NCBI GenBank assembly: GCA_002733415.1
Contig: NVVR01000002.1
Span: forward strand, 1 to 64,000
Length of the DNA stretch: 64,000 bases
Direction: 5' to 3'
From: Kordia sp.
GTDB taxonomy: Bacteria; Bacteroidota; Bacteroidia; Flavobacteriales; Flavobacteriaceae
Part shown: positions 10,663-21,941 of the stretch, piece by piece
Numbering within the stretch: position 1 is the stretch's first letter
Layout: each line of letters starts with the position of its first letter
Notes under the pieces: generated by a model
What the model was told of the DNA's origin: nothing
Database searches by the model: none
What the model saw: the letters and a program-made list of their open reading frames with translations, nothing else
Program-made: the position numbers and the translations under genes

Positions 10663-11301
10663 TTATCGTTTATTAATTAGTTCTATTTCAGATTTTAAGT
10701 TAGTTCTTGCTATATCTTCATATTTGTTTTTAAAGATAGCTGTAGTAAAAATTGATTTTTTGTTAAGAAAATGTTCTAATACTTTTTTACGCCCTTTATA
10801 ATAAATGATATTTGGGACTGTTTTGTATTCAGTACGTATCTTTTTAGTGTAGTCAAGATATACTTCCCATGATTGGCCAAGTATTGCTAAATCAAAATCA
10901 ATTAAAAAAGAAGTGTCATTGGAATTTGATGTATGTGTTTTGGTAGCTAATATGTGTGCTGTAATGTTAGCCGTATTTACATTTTGTAATTTCAATTTAT
11001 TTAATACTTTAACTGCAAAATCAGCACTTTTTTCTTCATTATCTTTTTTCCAAACATTGTAGATAATGTCATGATAAAATATAGCTAAGATAAATTCTGT
11101 TAGGTCTTCAATTTCCGAACTGTACATGTCTAGGTAACTAAACAGTTCATTTAAATGCGTTAAATTATGATAGGCTCTAAACGATTCAGAGTAATGTTTG
11201 TGTAAGCCTTCCCATAATTCTTCAATAACAGTTTTGTCTGTTGTATACTTTAGGAACACTTTTTCAAAGCGATTTTTTAACTCCATTTGAATAAATTTCA
11301 T
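10663..11301 (-). CDS. HD-domain metal-dependent phosphohydrolase. It is in an operon with the WYL regulator.
   Basis: The H...HD motif (YHNLTHLNELF ... IFYHDIIY). Its stop is 1 nt from the WYL start. Confidence 0.6.
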   Translation of the reverse strand: MKFIQMELKNRFEKVFLKYTTDKTVIEELWEGLHKHYSESFRAYHNLTHLNELFSYLDMYSSEIEDLTEFILAIFYHDIIYNVWKKDNEEKSADFAVKVLNKLKLQNVNTANITAHILATKTHTSNSNDTSFLIDFDLAILGQSWEVYLDYTKKIRTEYKTVPNIIYYKGRKKVLEHFLNKKSIFTTAIFKNKYEDIARTNLKSEIELINKR

Positions 11302-11310
11302 TAAAAGTAA

Positions 11311-12774
<1,464 letters not shown>

Positions 12775-12783
12775 ATAAAGATA

Positions 12784-12806
12784 ACTACGCAAAATGACTG
12801 CGTAGG
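12784..12806. promoter_or_regulatory. Palindromic motif ACTACGCA-aaatgac-TGCGTAG, perfect copy, between the rtcB paralog and the NTase gene
   Basis: An 8-bp inverted repeat with a 7-nt spacer. It could be a DNA operator or an RNA stem-loop. Confidence 0.45.
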
Positions 12807-12843
12807 TTGTTTTCATCTTTGACAGGTAATTAAAAAAGAGAAA

Positions 12844-13590
12844 ATGAAAACAGCAATATTAAATAAGTTAGCAAGCATAGAAAAGAAGAAAAATATAGAG
12901 ATACTTTTTGCTTGTGAGTCAGGAAGCAGAGCATGGGGCTTTGCTTCCCCGGATTCAGATTATGATATCCGTTTTATATACAAACATAAAACTGAGTGGT
13001 ATTTGAATTTATGGGAGAAAAAAGATACTATAGAATTTATGACCGCTGAAGATTTGGATGGATCTGGTTGGGATTTACGAAAAGCAACACTCTTATTAGC
13101 AAAGTCTAATGCCTCATTATTGGGTTGGTTGTTTTCGCCAGTAATATATAGAGCTGATGAATCTTTTTTAAAAGAAATACAAACGCTAGCAAACGAAAAC
13201 TTTAATCCAGTAGCTGGTTTTTATCACTTTCATTCTATGAGCAAGAGTTTCTTAGATAAAGTAATTGAAGAGGAAGTGAGTTTAAAGAGTTTTTTTTATG
13301 CTTTAAGAACTACGTTATGTAGTAATTGGATATTGAAAAACGGAACTATTCCTCCAGTTGTATTTGCAGAGTTGCTAGTTTTAGTAGATGCAGATATAAA
13401 GGTAGCAATAGAAGAGCTAGTGGCAATAAAAGCAACTAAAAATGAAAGCTTTCAAGCCTTAAAAAACGATACTTTATTTAACTATTTGAAAGACATGATA
13501 ACAAAAAATAACTTGAATAGAAATTCAGTTTTATTAAATAAAGCTGATGGAGAATCGTTCAATGAATTCTTTTTAAAAACAGTAGTGTGA
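12844..13590 (+). CDS. Pol-beta-superfamily nucleotidyltransferase (RlaP-like candidate), copy 1
   Basis: NTase signature GSRAWGFASPDSDYDIRFIY (GS...D.D). It lies immediately downstream of the RtcB paralog. Confidence 0.6.
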   Translation: MKTAILNKLASIEKKKNIEILFACESGSRAWGFASPDSDYDIRFIYKHKTEWYLNLWEKKDTIEFMTAEDLDGSGWDLRKATLLLAKSNASLLGWLFSPVIYRADESFLKEIQTLANENFNPVAGFYHFHSMSKSFLDKVIEEEVSLKSFFYALRTTLCSNWILKNGTIPPVVFAELLVLVDADIKVAIEELVAIKATKNESFQALKNDTLFNYLKDMITKNNLNRNSVLLNKADGESFNEFFLKTVV

Positions 13591-14657
13591 TGACTATAGC
13601 AGAATTAAAGAAATCGGGAAGCATCATATTTGAATGTATAAGCGGTAGTCGAGCATACGGACTTGACACCGCTACATCCGATACGGATATACGAGGTGTC
13701 TTTATTGCACCAAAAGAGCAGTTTTACGGATTACATTATACCGATCAAGTAAATGATGAAACCAATGATGTTGTGTATTATGAGCTTAAAAAGTTTATAG
13801 GATTGTTATTAAAAAACAACCCAAACATCATGGAGTTATTAAACATGCCAGAGGAATGTATTTTATATAAACATCCTTTGTTTGATTTAATAAAAAAGGA
13901 ATTATTTTTATCAAAACTGTGTAGAAATACGTTTGCTAATTATGCTTTTACACAAATTAAAAAGGCAAGAGGATTGAATAAAAAAATAGTGAATCCTGTT
14001 GATCAGAAAAGAAAGTCTGTAGAAGATTTTTGTTATGTAAGAACAGGGAAACAATCAGTTTTGTTAAGGGGTTTTTTAAATATGAATCAATTAAAAAGTT
14101 CCGATTGTGGTTTGGCAAAAATTACTCATATGAAAGACTGTTATAACCTCTTTCACAATGTATACTTGGACTATAACGGAATAGCTAGAAATGACGCCAA
14201 CGAAGTTTGTTTGAGTTCTATTCCTAAGGAAGAAACTCCTATAGGGTTATTGTATTTTAATGTAGATGGATACTCATCATATTGCAAGAGATACAAAGAA
14301 TATTGGTCATGGGTAGCTAAACGAAATGAAGAACGGTATAAAAGTAATATTTCACATAGTAAAAATTACGATGCTAAAAACATGATGCATACTTTTCGGT
14401 TATTGCATATGGCAAGGGAAATTGGATTAAAAGGCGTCATAAATGTGAGGCGTTCTGATCGAGATTTTCTACTAGCAATAAAAAATGCTGAGTTTGAATA
14501 TGCTGAGTTGGTTGAAAAAGCAGAAGTATTACGACAAGATTTGGATAAAATTTATGAAAGTACAGATTTAATGGAGAAACCAGATGTAGCACTAGTGGAT
14601 AAGCTATTACTGAAATTAAGAGCTATCTATTATGAACAAAGAGTAGAGAAAGACTAA
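13587..14657 (+). CDS. Pol-beta-superfamily nucleotidyltransferase, copy 2 (paralog of the upstream gene)
   Basis: GSRAYGLDTATSDTDIRGVF. Its start overlaps the upstream stop by 4 nt, consistent with translational coupling. Confidence 0.6.
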   Translation: MMTIAELKKSGSIIFECISGSRAYGLDTATSDTDIRGVFIAPKEQFYGLHYTDQVNDETNDVVYYELKKFIGLLLKNNPNIMELLNMPEECILYKHPLFDLIKKELFLSKLCRNTFANYAFTQIKKARGLNKKIVNPVDQKRKSVEDFCYVRTGKQSVLLRGFLNMNQLKSSDCGLAKITHMKDCYNLFHNVYLDYNGIARNDANEVCLSSIPKEETPIGLLYFNVDGYSSYCKRYKEYWSWVAKRNEERYKSNISHSKNYDAKNMMHTFRLLHMAREIGLKGVINVRRSDRDFLLAIKNAEFEYAELVEKAEVLRQDLDKIYESTDLMEKPDVALVDKLLLKLRAIYYEQRVEKD

Positions 14658-14732
14658 TTAGTAATTCTAACGAGCCTTTTTTCTTACTTTTGAGAATAAA
14701 GTAAAAGCATATTTCAATAAACCAAATCTGAA

Positions 14733-15446
14733 ATGACAACGAGAAACAGAGGAAAAGAAGGAAGCGACGATAAGCTTTTTGGAACTTCAAAAATGCAACA
14801 ACTGATAAAGGAGGCGTTACAGGACATGTCCTATTTATTATCTAGAGATTATGCTGATAAATCAGCTGTACAATTGGTAGGGAATCGATATCGTTTAAAT
14901 GTGAGGCAACAAAAAGCGATACGGGGTATGAGTGCCTCAGTTACTCAAGTGGAACAAAGAAAATTAAGTGAGCTATCTGTTAACCAATTAGTAGGACGGG
15001 AAATAATGATTGATGGATTTAATCTATTAATAGTATTGGAAAGTGCATTGTCAGGAGCATATTTATTTAAAGGAATGGATAATTGCTACAGAGACCTTTC
15101 CGGAGTACATGGGAGTTATAAACGAGTACAACAAACAGAAAAGGCATTGTTGTTAATAGGTGATTTTTTAAAAGAGTGTGCGGTAGGAAAAGTTACTTGG
15201 GTGTTTGACAAACCGGTTTCCAACAGTGGTCGATTAAAAACGAGAGTCAGAGAATTAGCCGAAGCACATGGATTTAATTGGGAAGTGATATTAGATAATA
15301 ATCCTGATAAACTATTAGCGGAAAGTAACAAGATTGCAATTAGTTCCGATGCTTGGATATTAGATCGCGCTAAAAGGTGGTTCAACTTAGCAGGGGATTT
15401 AATTGAAAACAAAATAGAGATTACAACTATTATAGAGAGTTATTAA
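14733..15446 (+). CDS. Hypothetical protein, possibly an NYN/PIN-like nuclease fold
   Basis: An IMIDGFNLLIVLES segment resembles the N-terminal IDG.N catalytic motif of NYN domains. This is a weak assignment. Confidence 0.3.
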   Translation: MTTRNRGKEGSDDKLFGTSKMQQLIKEALQDMSYLLSRDYADKSAVQLVGNRYRLNVRQQKAIRGMSASVTQVEQRKLSELSVNQLVGREIMIDGFNLLIVLESALSGAYLFKGMDNCYRDLSGVHGSYKRVQQTEKALLLIGDFLKECAVGKVTWVFDKPVSNSGRLKTRVRELAEAHGFNWEVILDNNPDKLLAESNKIAISSDAWILDRAKRWFNLAGDLIENKIEITTIIESY

Positions 15447-15460
15447 TAACTTTCATGTCA

Positions 15461-15602
15461 AAGTAAGAAATAGAGAACGAAAAATCGGAATTGCGATGCA
15501 TAGCATCAGGCATGTAGATTCGAAAGTGATCGTTACGAAGTAATTTCCTATTCTTTGACTTGATTTTTTTGGTTCGTTTTTTTATCAAGAAAAAAATGAA
15601 CA
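15461..15602. repeat. Non-coding ~140-bp conserved block, copy A (homologous to 20570-20712)
   Basis: About 80% identity to copy B, including cttgatttttttggttcgtttttttatcaagaaaaaaatgaa. It starts 15 nt after the stop of the upstream gene. Confidence 0.6.
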
Positions 15603-15864
15603 GATAGTTCTTGAAAGACTTAATATGATGGTTTTAATAAAATTTATTAAATAAACTAACTTTCAAGTTTTATTTAGAAAAACAACAAATAAGCACTCGA
15701 ATTTGGTGAATAGGAACAATTTGCACCATATTTGTAGTAGAATTATTAACAAAAAATAAAACGAAAACCACCTATGACGATATTTTTAAACATAAAAAGG
15801 ACGCTGAAAAGCTATTTTGATTGTAAGAAATAGGTTAATTTTCGAAAAGATATCTCTTTAAAAA

Positions 15865-15895
15865 GCGTCCAAACTAAAATTTGGACGCTTTTTTT
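15865..15895 (+). terminator. Rho-independent terminator closing non-coding module A
   Basis: gcgtccaaactaaaatttggacgc followed by 7 T. The homologous hairpin is at 21094-21121. Confidence 0.6.
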
Positions 15896-16433
15896 ATGAC
15901 TTTTTTCGAACACTATTTTACTGTTATAAAATTGGAGCTTTAAATGCTAAATACAAGCACAACAATTGGTTGTGAATTTGTTTACTATCTGTAGGAATAC
16001 GGGCAGGGATTCTAGCACCTAAAAACAGCATAACTTACTGGTAACGAGAAATATAAAGGCAGATATTTTCTTGTGTAATCCAAAAAATGAATTGACCTTT
16101 GCATCGCAGTATTACCGAATAAAACGGAACAACTAGCAAAAACTAAATTATTAATCAAACCAATTAAATATTGGAATGACGTATAAATAATTTGAATTAT
16201 TTTTTTACTTAGATGAGGCATAAAATTTAAACATAGCCTCAGTTACGGTTATATTTTATAACAATATATAAGTGAAAAAGGAGCATATTATATATGACAT
16301 TTTAATTTTTAAATGGTTTATCAACACCGAAGTACTATGACTTTATTCAATAGCTACCAATACATTCCACAAGGCCTAGGTGCTTTGTTATGTATGCTTC
16401 GGGATTTCATTCGTAAATAATATTTCCATTATA

Positions 16434-16476
16434 TATGAAAAAAAGTCCGAAGCTATAACGTTTCGGACTTTTTTCA
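16434..16476. terminator. Bidirectional terminator-like hairpin about 120 bp upstream of rtcB
   Basis: An A-run, then agtccgaagctataacgtttcggact, then a T-run. Confidence 0.55.
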
Positions 16477-16598
16477 TTCTAGGTCTATCTTGAAGAATCT
16501 CCGAGACCAAATTTAAAAGTGATTTTATACAACCATGTTCCGTAATAGGAAGAACTATCAATGCATTAACATTTGATGGAAGGATCACTTATATCATA

Positions 16599-18008
16599 AT
16601 GTATAAGAAAAATATAATGGGAAAGAAATTAAGCGGAAGAGACTTAATCAAGTTAGGTTTTCCGCAAAACAATAGTATTAATGTGACTTTAGGTCAGATT
16701 AATAGATATCAGAAAAGAAAAAAGAAAGAACAAATATTACTCGAAGCTAAGCAAGTATTACTACATCCTGAAAATTATAAGGGAGATGGTGTTTGGGGAA
16801 AAATAGCAGAAAGTCTGCTAGATCCAGTACTAGTGACGAAGCAAGTGTTAAACTCAGTACGTGCACCATTTCAAATATTTGGAGAAAATGAAATTGATGA
16901 TAAAGCCAAGTATCAATTATTTGATGCTTTAAAATTACCAGTGGCAGTTGCAGGAGCCTTAATGCCAGATGCACATGCTGGATATGGTTTGCCAATAGGT
17001 GGAGTATTAGCAACAAAAAATGCTGTAATTCCTTATGGAGTAGGAGTAGATATTGGTTGCAGAATGAGTTTAAGTATTTATCCAATACCAACATCTTATT
17101 TAAAAGGAAAGCAGCATCAACTTGCAAATATTTTATCAGAACATACCAAATTTGGAATGTATGAAACACATAAGGTAAAACATGACCATGAAATTTTTGA
17201 GCGTGAGGAATTTAAAACTATTCCTTTAGTAAAGCGATTAAAAGACAAAGCGTACAAGCAATTAGGAACTTCAGGTGGTGGAAATCATTTTGTAGAGTTT
17301 GGAGTAGTAACTATTAAGGATGAAAAGAATGAATGGGACTTACCATTAGGCGATTATGTTGGCGTATTAAGCCATAGTGGTTCTAGAGGATTAGGAGCAA
17401 ATATTGCAAAACATTATACCTATTTAGCTACTAAACAATGTCCCTTACCCAAGCACGTACAGCAGTTGGCTTGGTTGGACTTGAACACACATGACGGGCA
17501 AGAATATTGGTTGGCAATGACATTAGCGGGTGATTATGCGAAGGCATGCCATGATAATATTCATAAACGCATAGGGAAATTGTTAGGAGCAAGACCTGTA
17601 GCTACAATCGAAAACCATCACAATTTTGCTTGGAAACAAGAGGTAAACGGTGAAGAATGTATTGTGCATAGAAAGGGAGCAACTCCTGCTGAAAAGGGTG
17701 AATTGGGAATTATTCCAGGTTCTATGACAGCACCAGGATTTATTGTTCGTGGTCTGGGGAATCAAGATAGTTTAGCATCTGCATCACATGGAGCAGGACG
17801 TCTTTTTTCTAGAAGAAAATGTAAAGAGAAATTCACTAAAAGTGAAATCAAAAAGCAATTGCAAGCAAACGATGTTACGCTTATAGGAGGTGGAGTAGAT
17901 GAAGCACCTATGGCTTATAAGGATATCGAGAAGGTAATGGCGAATCAAAAAGAATTGGTTGAGGTTATTGGAACATTTACACCGAAAATAGTACGAATGG
18001 ACAAATAA
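16599..18008 (+). CDS. rtcB: RtcB-family RNA ligase, release-factor-H-coupled type
   Basis: Canonical motifs PDAHAGYGLPIGGV, VDIGCRMSL, GGGNHFVEFG, HSGSRGLG, HHNFAW and SHGAGR. It lies immediately upstream of prfH. The true start is probably MGKKLSG at about 16617. Confidence 0.85.
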   Translation: MYKKNIMGKKLSGRDLIKLGFPQNNSINVTLGQINRYQKRKKKEQILLEAKQVLLHPENYKGDGVWGKIAESLLDPVLVTKQVLNSVRAPFQIFGENEIDDKAKYQLFDALKLPVAVAGALMPDAHAGYGLPIGGVLATKNAVIPYGVGVDIGCRMSLSIYPIPTSYLKGKQHQLANILSEHTKFGMYETHKVKHDHEIFEREEFKTIPLVKRLKDKAYKQLGTSGGGNHFVEFGVVTIKDEKNEWDLPLGDYVGVLSHSGSRGLGANIAKHYTYLATKQCPLPKHVQQLAWLDLNTHDGQEYWLAMTLAGDYAKACHDNIHKRIGKLLGARPVATIENHHNFAWKQEVNGEECIVHRKGATPAEKGELGIIPGSMTAPGFIVRGLGNQDSLASASHGAGRLFSRRKCKEKFTKSEIKKQLQANDVTLIGGGVDEAPMAYKDIEKVMANQKELVEVIGTFTPKIVRMDK

Positions 18009-18030
18009 AATCAACAGTAAGAAATAAAAA

Positions 18031-18723
18031 ATGGACAAAATAATTCAAATAACGGCAGCAAGAGGACCAGCAGAATGTTGTTGGGTAGTAGCTCAAGTAC
18101 TCAAGGTTTTTATAGCAGAAGTTAAGGCTAAAGGAATTGAGTATATAATTCTGCAACGAGAAAAAGGTATTGAAAACGGTACTGTACAATCAGTGAGTAT
18201 TCAGTTATCAGGAACCGATGTGAATAGTTTTTTAACTACCTGGACTGGAACAGTACAATGGGTTGGAACATCTGCATTTCGAAAATATCACAAACGTAAA
18301 AATTGGTTTATAGGGGTGTATGAATTGGAACAATTATCCCTTTCGGAATTAAATGAAAAGGATATTAGTTTTCAAACGATGCGAAGTACTGGTCCTGGTG
18401 GACAAAATGTAAACAAAGTGAATTCAGCAGTAAGGGCTATTCATACTCCAACTGGAGTACAAGTAGTAGCAATGGATAGCCGATCACAACATCAGAATAA
18501 AAAATTAGCAATAACACGTTTAAAGGAAAAGGTAATGGAAGCCAACAGACAACAACTTAAAACCATGGAATTGAACCTATGGAAAAATCATTTGAGTTTG
18601 GAGCGTGGGAATCCGATTAGAGTTTTTAATGGGACTGATTTTAAAAAGAAAAAAGTAATTGCTTCCTATAAAAATAATCGCAATCAGTTAAAAAACGACT
18701 TGCGAAAAGAACTAAAGAATTAA
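18031..18723 (+). CDS. prfH: Peptide chain release factor H (release-factor homolog with a GGQ motif)
   Basis: STGPGGQNVNKVNSAVR GGQ motif. A short RF-like protein of 230 aa, 22 nt downstream of rtcB. Confidence 0.8.
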   Translation: MDKIIQITAARGPAECCWVVAQVLKVFIAEVKAKGIEYIILQREKGIENGTVQSVSIQLSGTDVNSFLTTWTGTVQWVGTSAFRKYHKRKNWFIGVYELEQLSLSELNEKDISFQTMRSTGPGGQNVNKVNSAVRAIHTPTGVQVVAMDSRSQHQNKKLAITRLKEKVMEANRQQLKTMELNLWKNHLSLERGNPIRVFNGTDFKKKKVIASYKNNRNQLKNDLRKELKN

Positions 18724-18727
18724 GAAA

Positions 18728-19279
18728 ATGGGAAATTTAATAGATAAATATTTATTTCAAGCGTTGGATTCCTATCCATACGAATTGGAAACAACTGTAG
18801 AGTCATTAAACTATGCGCTTTCATACGATGCTAAAAATACAACAGCTTTGTGTTTAATGGGACGTCTTCATGCGGAAATACTAAGTGATTATGAAACAGC
18901 TAAGGATTATTTCCAACAAGCGTTAGCAGAAAATATACAGGCAGTAGAGGTGTACATACATTATGCTTCGGTATTACTATGTAATGAAGATTATAAAGAG
19001 GCTGAAAAATTACTGGATTATGCATTAACAATTAAAGGCTCAGATAAAGCTGTATTGTATGCCATGCAAGCAATTATGTACGAGCATTTAACAGCGTATA
19101 AAAAAGCATTAAAGTGTTTGAAAAAAGCTAAAGTGCATGCATATAACAATTGTTATACTGAAGGGATAAAAAGAGAAGAGACACGTATTAAAGACAAGAT
19201 GCCAAAGAAAAAAAAGGCCTCTAAGAAAAAATCAAAATCCTCATCTGATAAGAAAAAGAAGAAAAATAAAAAGAAGTAA
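18728..19279 (+). CDS. TPR-like helical protein with a lysine-rich C-terminal tail
   Basis: Helical repeats. The C-terminus is KKKKASKKKSKSSSDKKKKKNKKK. It starts 4 nt after the prfH stop. Confidence 0.45.
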   Translation: MGNLIDKYLFQALDSYPYELETTVESLNYALSYDAKNTTALCLMGRLHAEILSDYETAKDYFQQALAENIQAVEVYIHYASVLLCNEDYKEAEKLLDYALTIKGSDKAVLYAMQAIMYEHLTAYKKALKCLKKAKVHAYNNCYTEGIKREETRIKDKMPKKKKASKKKSKSSSDKKKKKNKKK

Positions 19280-19280
19280 A

Positions 19281-19826
19281 ATGGGAGCACCACATAATAA
19301 GAACAGATATGGTGAAGTGTGGCCTAAAGACAGAATAACTTATACCTTAAAGGAATTAATACTTTTAAAAGATTTAGTTGTTTTATCGGGTGGTTGGGCT
19401 TGGCATTTTCTATCGCCAAAAAATCATATTGAATATAAGCATGCACATGATCATAAGGATATGGATTTATTTATTCATCCTAAAAATGTAGCAGAGGTGA
19501 TGCATATTATTCAACAGAATGGTTTTAAAAAGGTATGGACACGTTATGATAGATTACCTAGTGAAGAGAATTTTAGGCGTTATGAAAAAACTGTAGAAAC
19601 GGAGACTGGCAAAGAAATTCGTATAACAATAGATTTTTTTGTTAGTGCCTCCATACCAGTTCAGAAAGCTAAAGGTTGGACTGTCGTAGCCCCATCTTTT
19701 TTATTAGGCTTGTATACTAACATTCATTCGAGTGATAAATGTTGGGCTGTACAGGCTGCATTTAAATTATTAATGAAAAATATCAACCCATTAGACAGGA
19801 ATGAATTAATTACTATTCCTGACTAA
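19281..19826 (+). CDS. Hypothetical protein, possibly a minimal nucleotidyltransferase fold
   Basis: LSGGWAWHF...HDHKDMDLFI resembles the G[GS]...D.D NTase motif. It starts 1 nt after the upstream stop. Confidence 0.3.
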   Translation: MGAPHNKNRYGEVWPKDRITYTLKELILLKDLVVLSGGWAWHFLSPKNHIEYKHAHDHKDMDLFIHPKNVAEVMHIIQQNGFKKVWTRYDRLPSEENFRRYEKTVETETGKEIRITIDFFVSASIPVQKAKGWTVVAPSFLLGLYTNIHSSDKCWAVQAAFKLLMKNINPLDRNELITIPD

Positions 19827-19849
19827 TGCAATGAAAAACACAAAACAAC

Positions 19850-20443
19850 ATGAAAACAACAGATAAAATTATAATAATAGACCTTGAGGCAACTTGCTGG
19901 AAAGGTCCTGTTCCGCAAGGACAAGTAAACGAAATAATAGAAATAGAAATTTGTGTTCTAGACACAAAAACGGGAATCATTTCAAAAAATGAAGGGATTT
20001 TAATAAAACCTGAGCGTTCAACAGTGAGCCCTTTTTGTACCGAGTTAACCACAATTACTCAAGAATTGTTAGATCAAGAAGGAATTTCTTTCGAGCAGGC
20101 TTGTAATGAGCTACGTATACAATACAATAGTTATCAATACACATGGGCAAGTTACGGTGCTTATGATTTAAACATGTTAAAGCAACAATGTAAATTCAGA
20201 GGATTGGATTATCCAATGGCTCAAAATCATATTAATGTAAAAACATTATTTACTAAAGTAAAAGGCTTGAAACGAAAAGTAGGAATGAAAGGTGCTTTAG
20301 AGATGTTAGAAATTCCATTAGAAGGCACGCATCATAGAGGAGTAGATGATGCTAATAACATAGCGAAAATTTTAGACTGGTGTTTAAATACATCAGCTAA
20401 AGCTGAAAGTTGTTGTTTAACTAAGGAAGTGCAATTTTCATAG
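19850..20443 (+). CDS. DEDDh-family 3'-5' exonuclease (ERI-1 / KapD-like)
   Basis: Exo motif I IIIIDLEATCW, motif II YGAYDLNML, motif III THHRGVDDANNIAKIL. Confidence 0.75.
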   Translation: MKTTDKIIIIDLEATCWKGPVPQGQVNEIIEIEICVLDTKTGIISKNEGILIKPERSTVSPFCTELTTITQELLDQEGISFEQACNELRIQYNSYQYTWASYGAYDLNMLKQQCKFRGLDYPMAQNHINVKTLFTKVKGLKRKVGMKGALEMLEIPLEGTHHRGVDDANNIAKILDWCLNTSAKAESCCLTKEVQFS

Positions 20444-20471
20444 TTATGACGAATGATTTTAGAATAAAATG

Positions 20472-20506
20472 AAAGGCAACCATTATGGTTGCCTTTTTTG
20501 TTTTTA
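20472..20506 (+). terminator. Rho-independent terminator of the rtcB-prfH operon
   Basis: aggcaaccattatggttgcct followed by a T-run. Confidence 0.7.
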
Positions 20507-20569
20507 GTGAGACCTGTTCTATATGTTTTTCTGAATATTATTACTTACTTTAATTAGAGGTTGACAGAT

Positions 20570-20712
20570 TAAGAAATAATGAACGAAAAATCGAAATTGC
20601 AATGCGATAGCATTAAGTATGTAGAATTGAGAGTGAATGGTGCTTTAGCAATTTCCTATTGTCTGTCTTGATTTTTTTGTTTCGTTTTTTTATCAAGAAA
20701 AAAATGAAAAGC
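20570..20712. repeat. Non-coding ~140-bp conserved block, copy B
   Basis: Homologous to 15461-15602. It is followed by a poly-C tract. Confidence 0.6.
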
Positions 20713-21093
20713 CCCCCCCTTGATTTATAAACTATTTGTTAGATGTAAAAATAGGGATTGAAACTAATTTTATCAAAAGGTTACGACGCTATTGGTTTTT
20801 AGGGTAAAAGTAAATTACAGGTACTAATTCTCTGTGTTGTTAAAGGTATATGAACGCTATATTGTCTTATAAAGACTCTAAATAGTGCTCCATATTTGTA
20901 CTTTAGTATTAAATTATCCCATATTTGCAGTATATAAATGAATCAAAATAGAATACATATAGCACCTAAATCGCTGTTTAACCAGTGTGATTATCGTCAG
21001 GTAAGTGAATTACCTACACGAGAAGGGGCGTTTTGTGTCTATTGTTATAAGAATTGATAGTGTAAAAACTATAAAAACATATAAGAATTACAA

Positions 21094-21121
21094 GCGTCCA
21101 AGAAATTGGACGCTTTTTTTA
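21094..21121 (+). terminator. Rho-independent terminator closing non-coding module B
   Basis: gcgtccaagaaattggacgc followed by 8 T. Confidence 0.6.
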
Positions 21122-21550
21122 TGGATTTTTTTGAGTATGATTATAAAATAATAAAAGAAATAGAAAAGTAGTATTTGGACCCTAAGCAGAAGAGAGACAG
21201 TCAGTTGCATATTATCCAGTTATCGGTTGAAAAACGGACAGGAATCGCTATGTCTAAAAATAAGCGTAACTAATTGATTATCAGTAAATTAAATGTAATT
21301 TTTTCTTGTGAAATCTAAAAATAGGTTTCATCTTTGCACCGTAGTTAAGCAACAAATATGTTTATGTTTACTATCTATATAAAAAGACAAATTTTTAAAA
21401 ATATAAATATGATACGTTTTAATTCACATCCATTTTCAAGCCCCCTTTCGCAAAGCCGTCAGGATTATTGTCCGGAAGTAAATAGAAGCGTCTGTAGTAC
21501 TATACAACGAAGGAATATGTAGTTATATATATCTTCGTAAATTACTTAAA

Positions 21551-21574
21551 GGCGCCTATATAGGCGCCTTTTTT
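21551..21574 (+). terminator. Terminator-like hairpin
   Basis: ggcgcctatataggcgcc followed by a T-run. Confidence 0.5.
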
Positions 21575-21771
21575 ATGCGCTGTAATCAGAGCTTTAAAAT
21601 GAAATAAAGTTAATGCAAAAATTGGAGAGTAGGCAAATGTTGGTTTGTTGCGCTCGTTTGCTAAACGAGTTTGTGTAATAGCAATGATTGGTTCAAATGC
21701 TTGCATTCACGAAAACCCAAAAAAAATAAAAATTGCTTGAGTAATTCCGTTGCTCTCCGCAAGAATAAATA

Positions 21772-21845
21772 AGACAAGGTGGCTGAAAGGTTAAGGCAAC
21801 GGTCTGCAAAACCGTTTTTTATGAGTTCGATTCTCATCCTTGTCT
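21772..21845 (+). tRNA. tRNA-Cys (anticodon GCA)
   Basis: Acceptor gacaagg/ccttgtc. Anticodon arm acggt-cTGCAaa-accgt. T-arm atgag-ttcgatt-ctcat. Folded by hand. Confidence 0.7.
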
Positions 21846-21904
21846 CAATGATTGAAGCAGTATCAAACTTGTTTGAAAACTGTGAAAATCCAATTTGTGA
21901 TTTG

Positions 21905-21936
21905 ATGAGAACGCGCAGCAATCTCATCCTTGTCTC
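21905..21936 (+). other. tRNA-Cys 3'-end relic (T-stem plus acceptor 3' strand with an expanded 13-nt loop)
   Basis: atgag-aacgcgcagcaat-ctcatccttgtctc duplicates the 3' end of the adjacent tRNA-Cys. Confidence 0.5.
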
Positions 21937-21941
21937 GTAAT

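Noticed and set aside
15447-16598. Y RNA / Rsr (Ro60) module, often linked with rtcB
   Set aside because: No Rsr-like ORF is present in the window. I could not fold a convincing Y-RNA-like stem with a tRNA-like domain in the non-coding gaps. They are left as unassigned non-coding modules.
16747-18189. Minus-strand ORFs (140, 60, 84 and 70 aa) overlapping rtcB and prfH
   Set aside because: They are antisense shadow ORFs within strongly supported genes, with leucine- and isoleucine-rich composition typical of AT-rich antisense frames.
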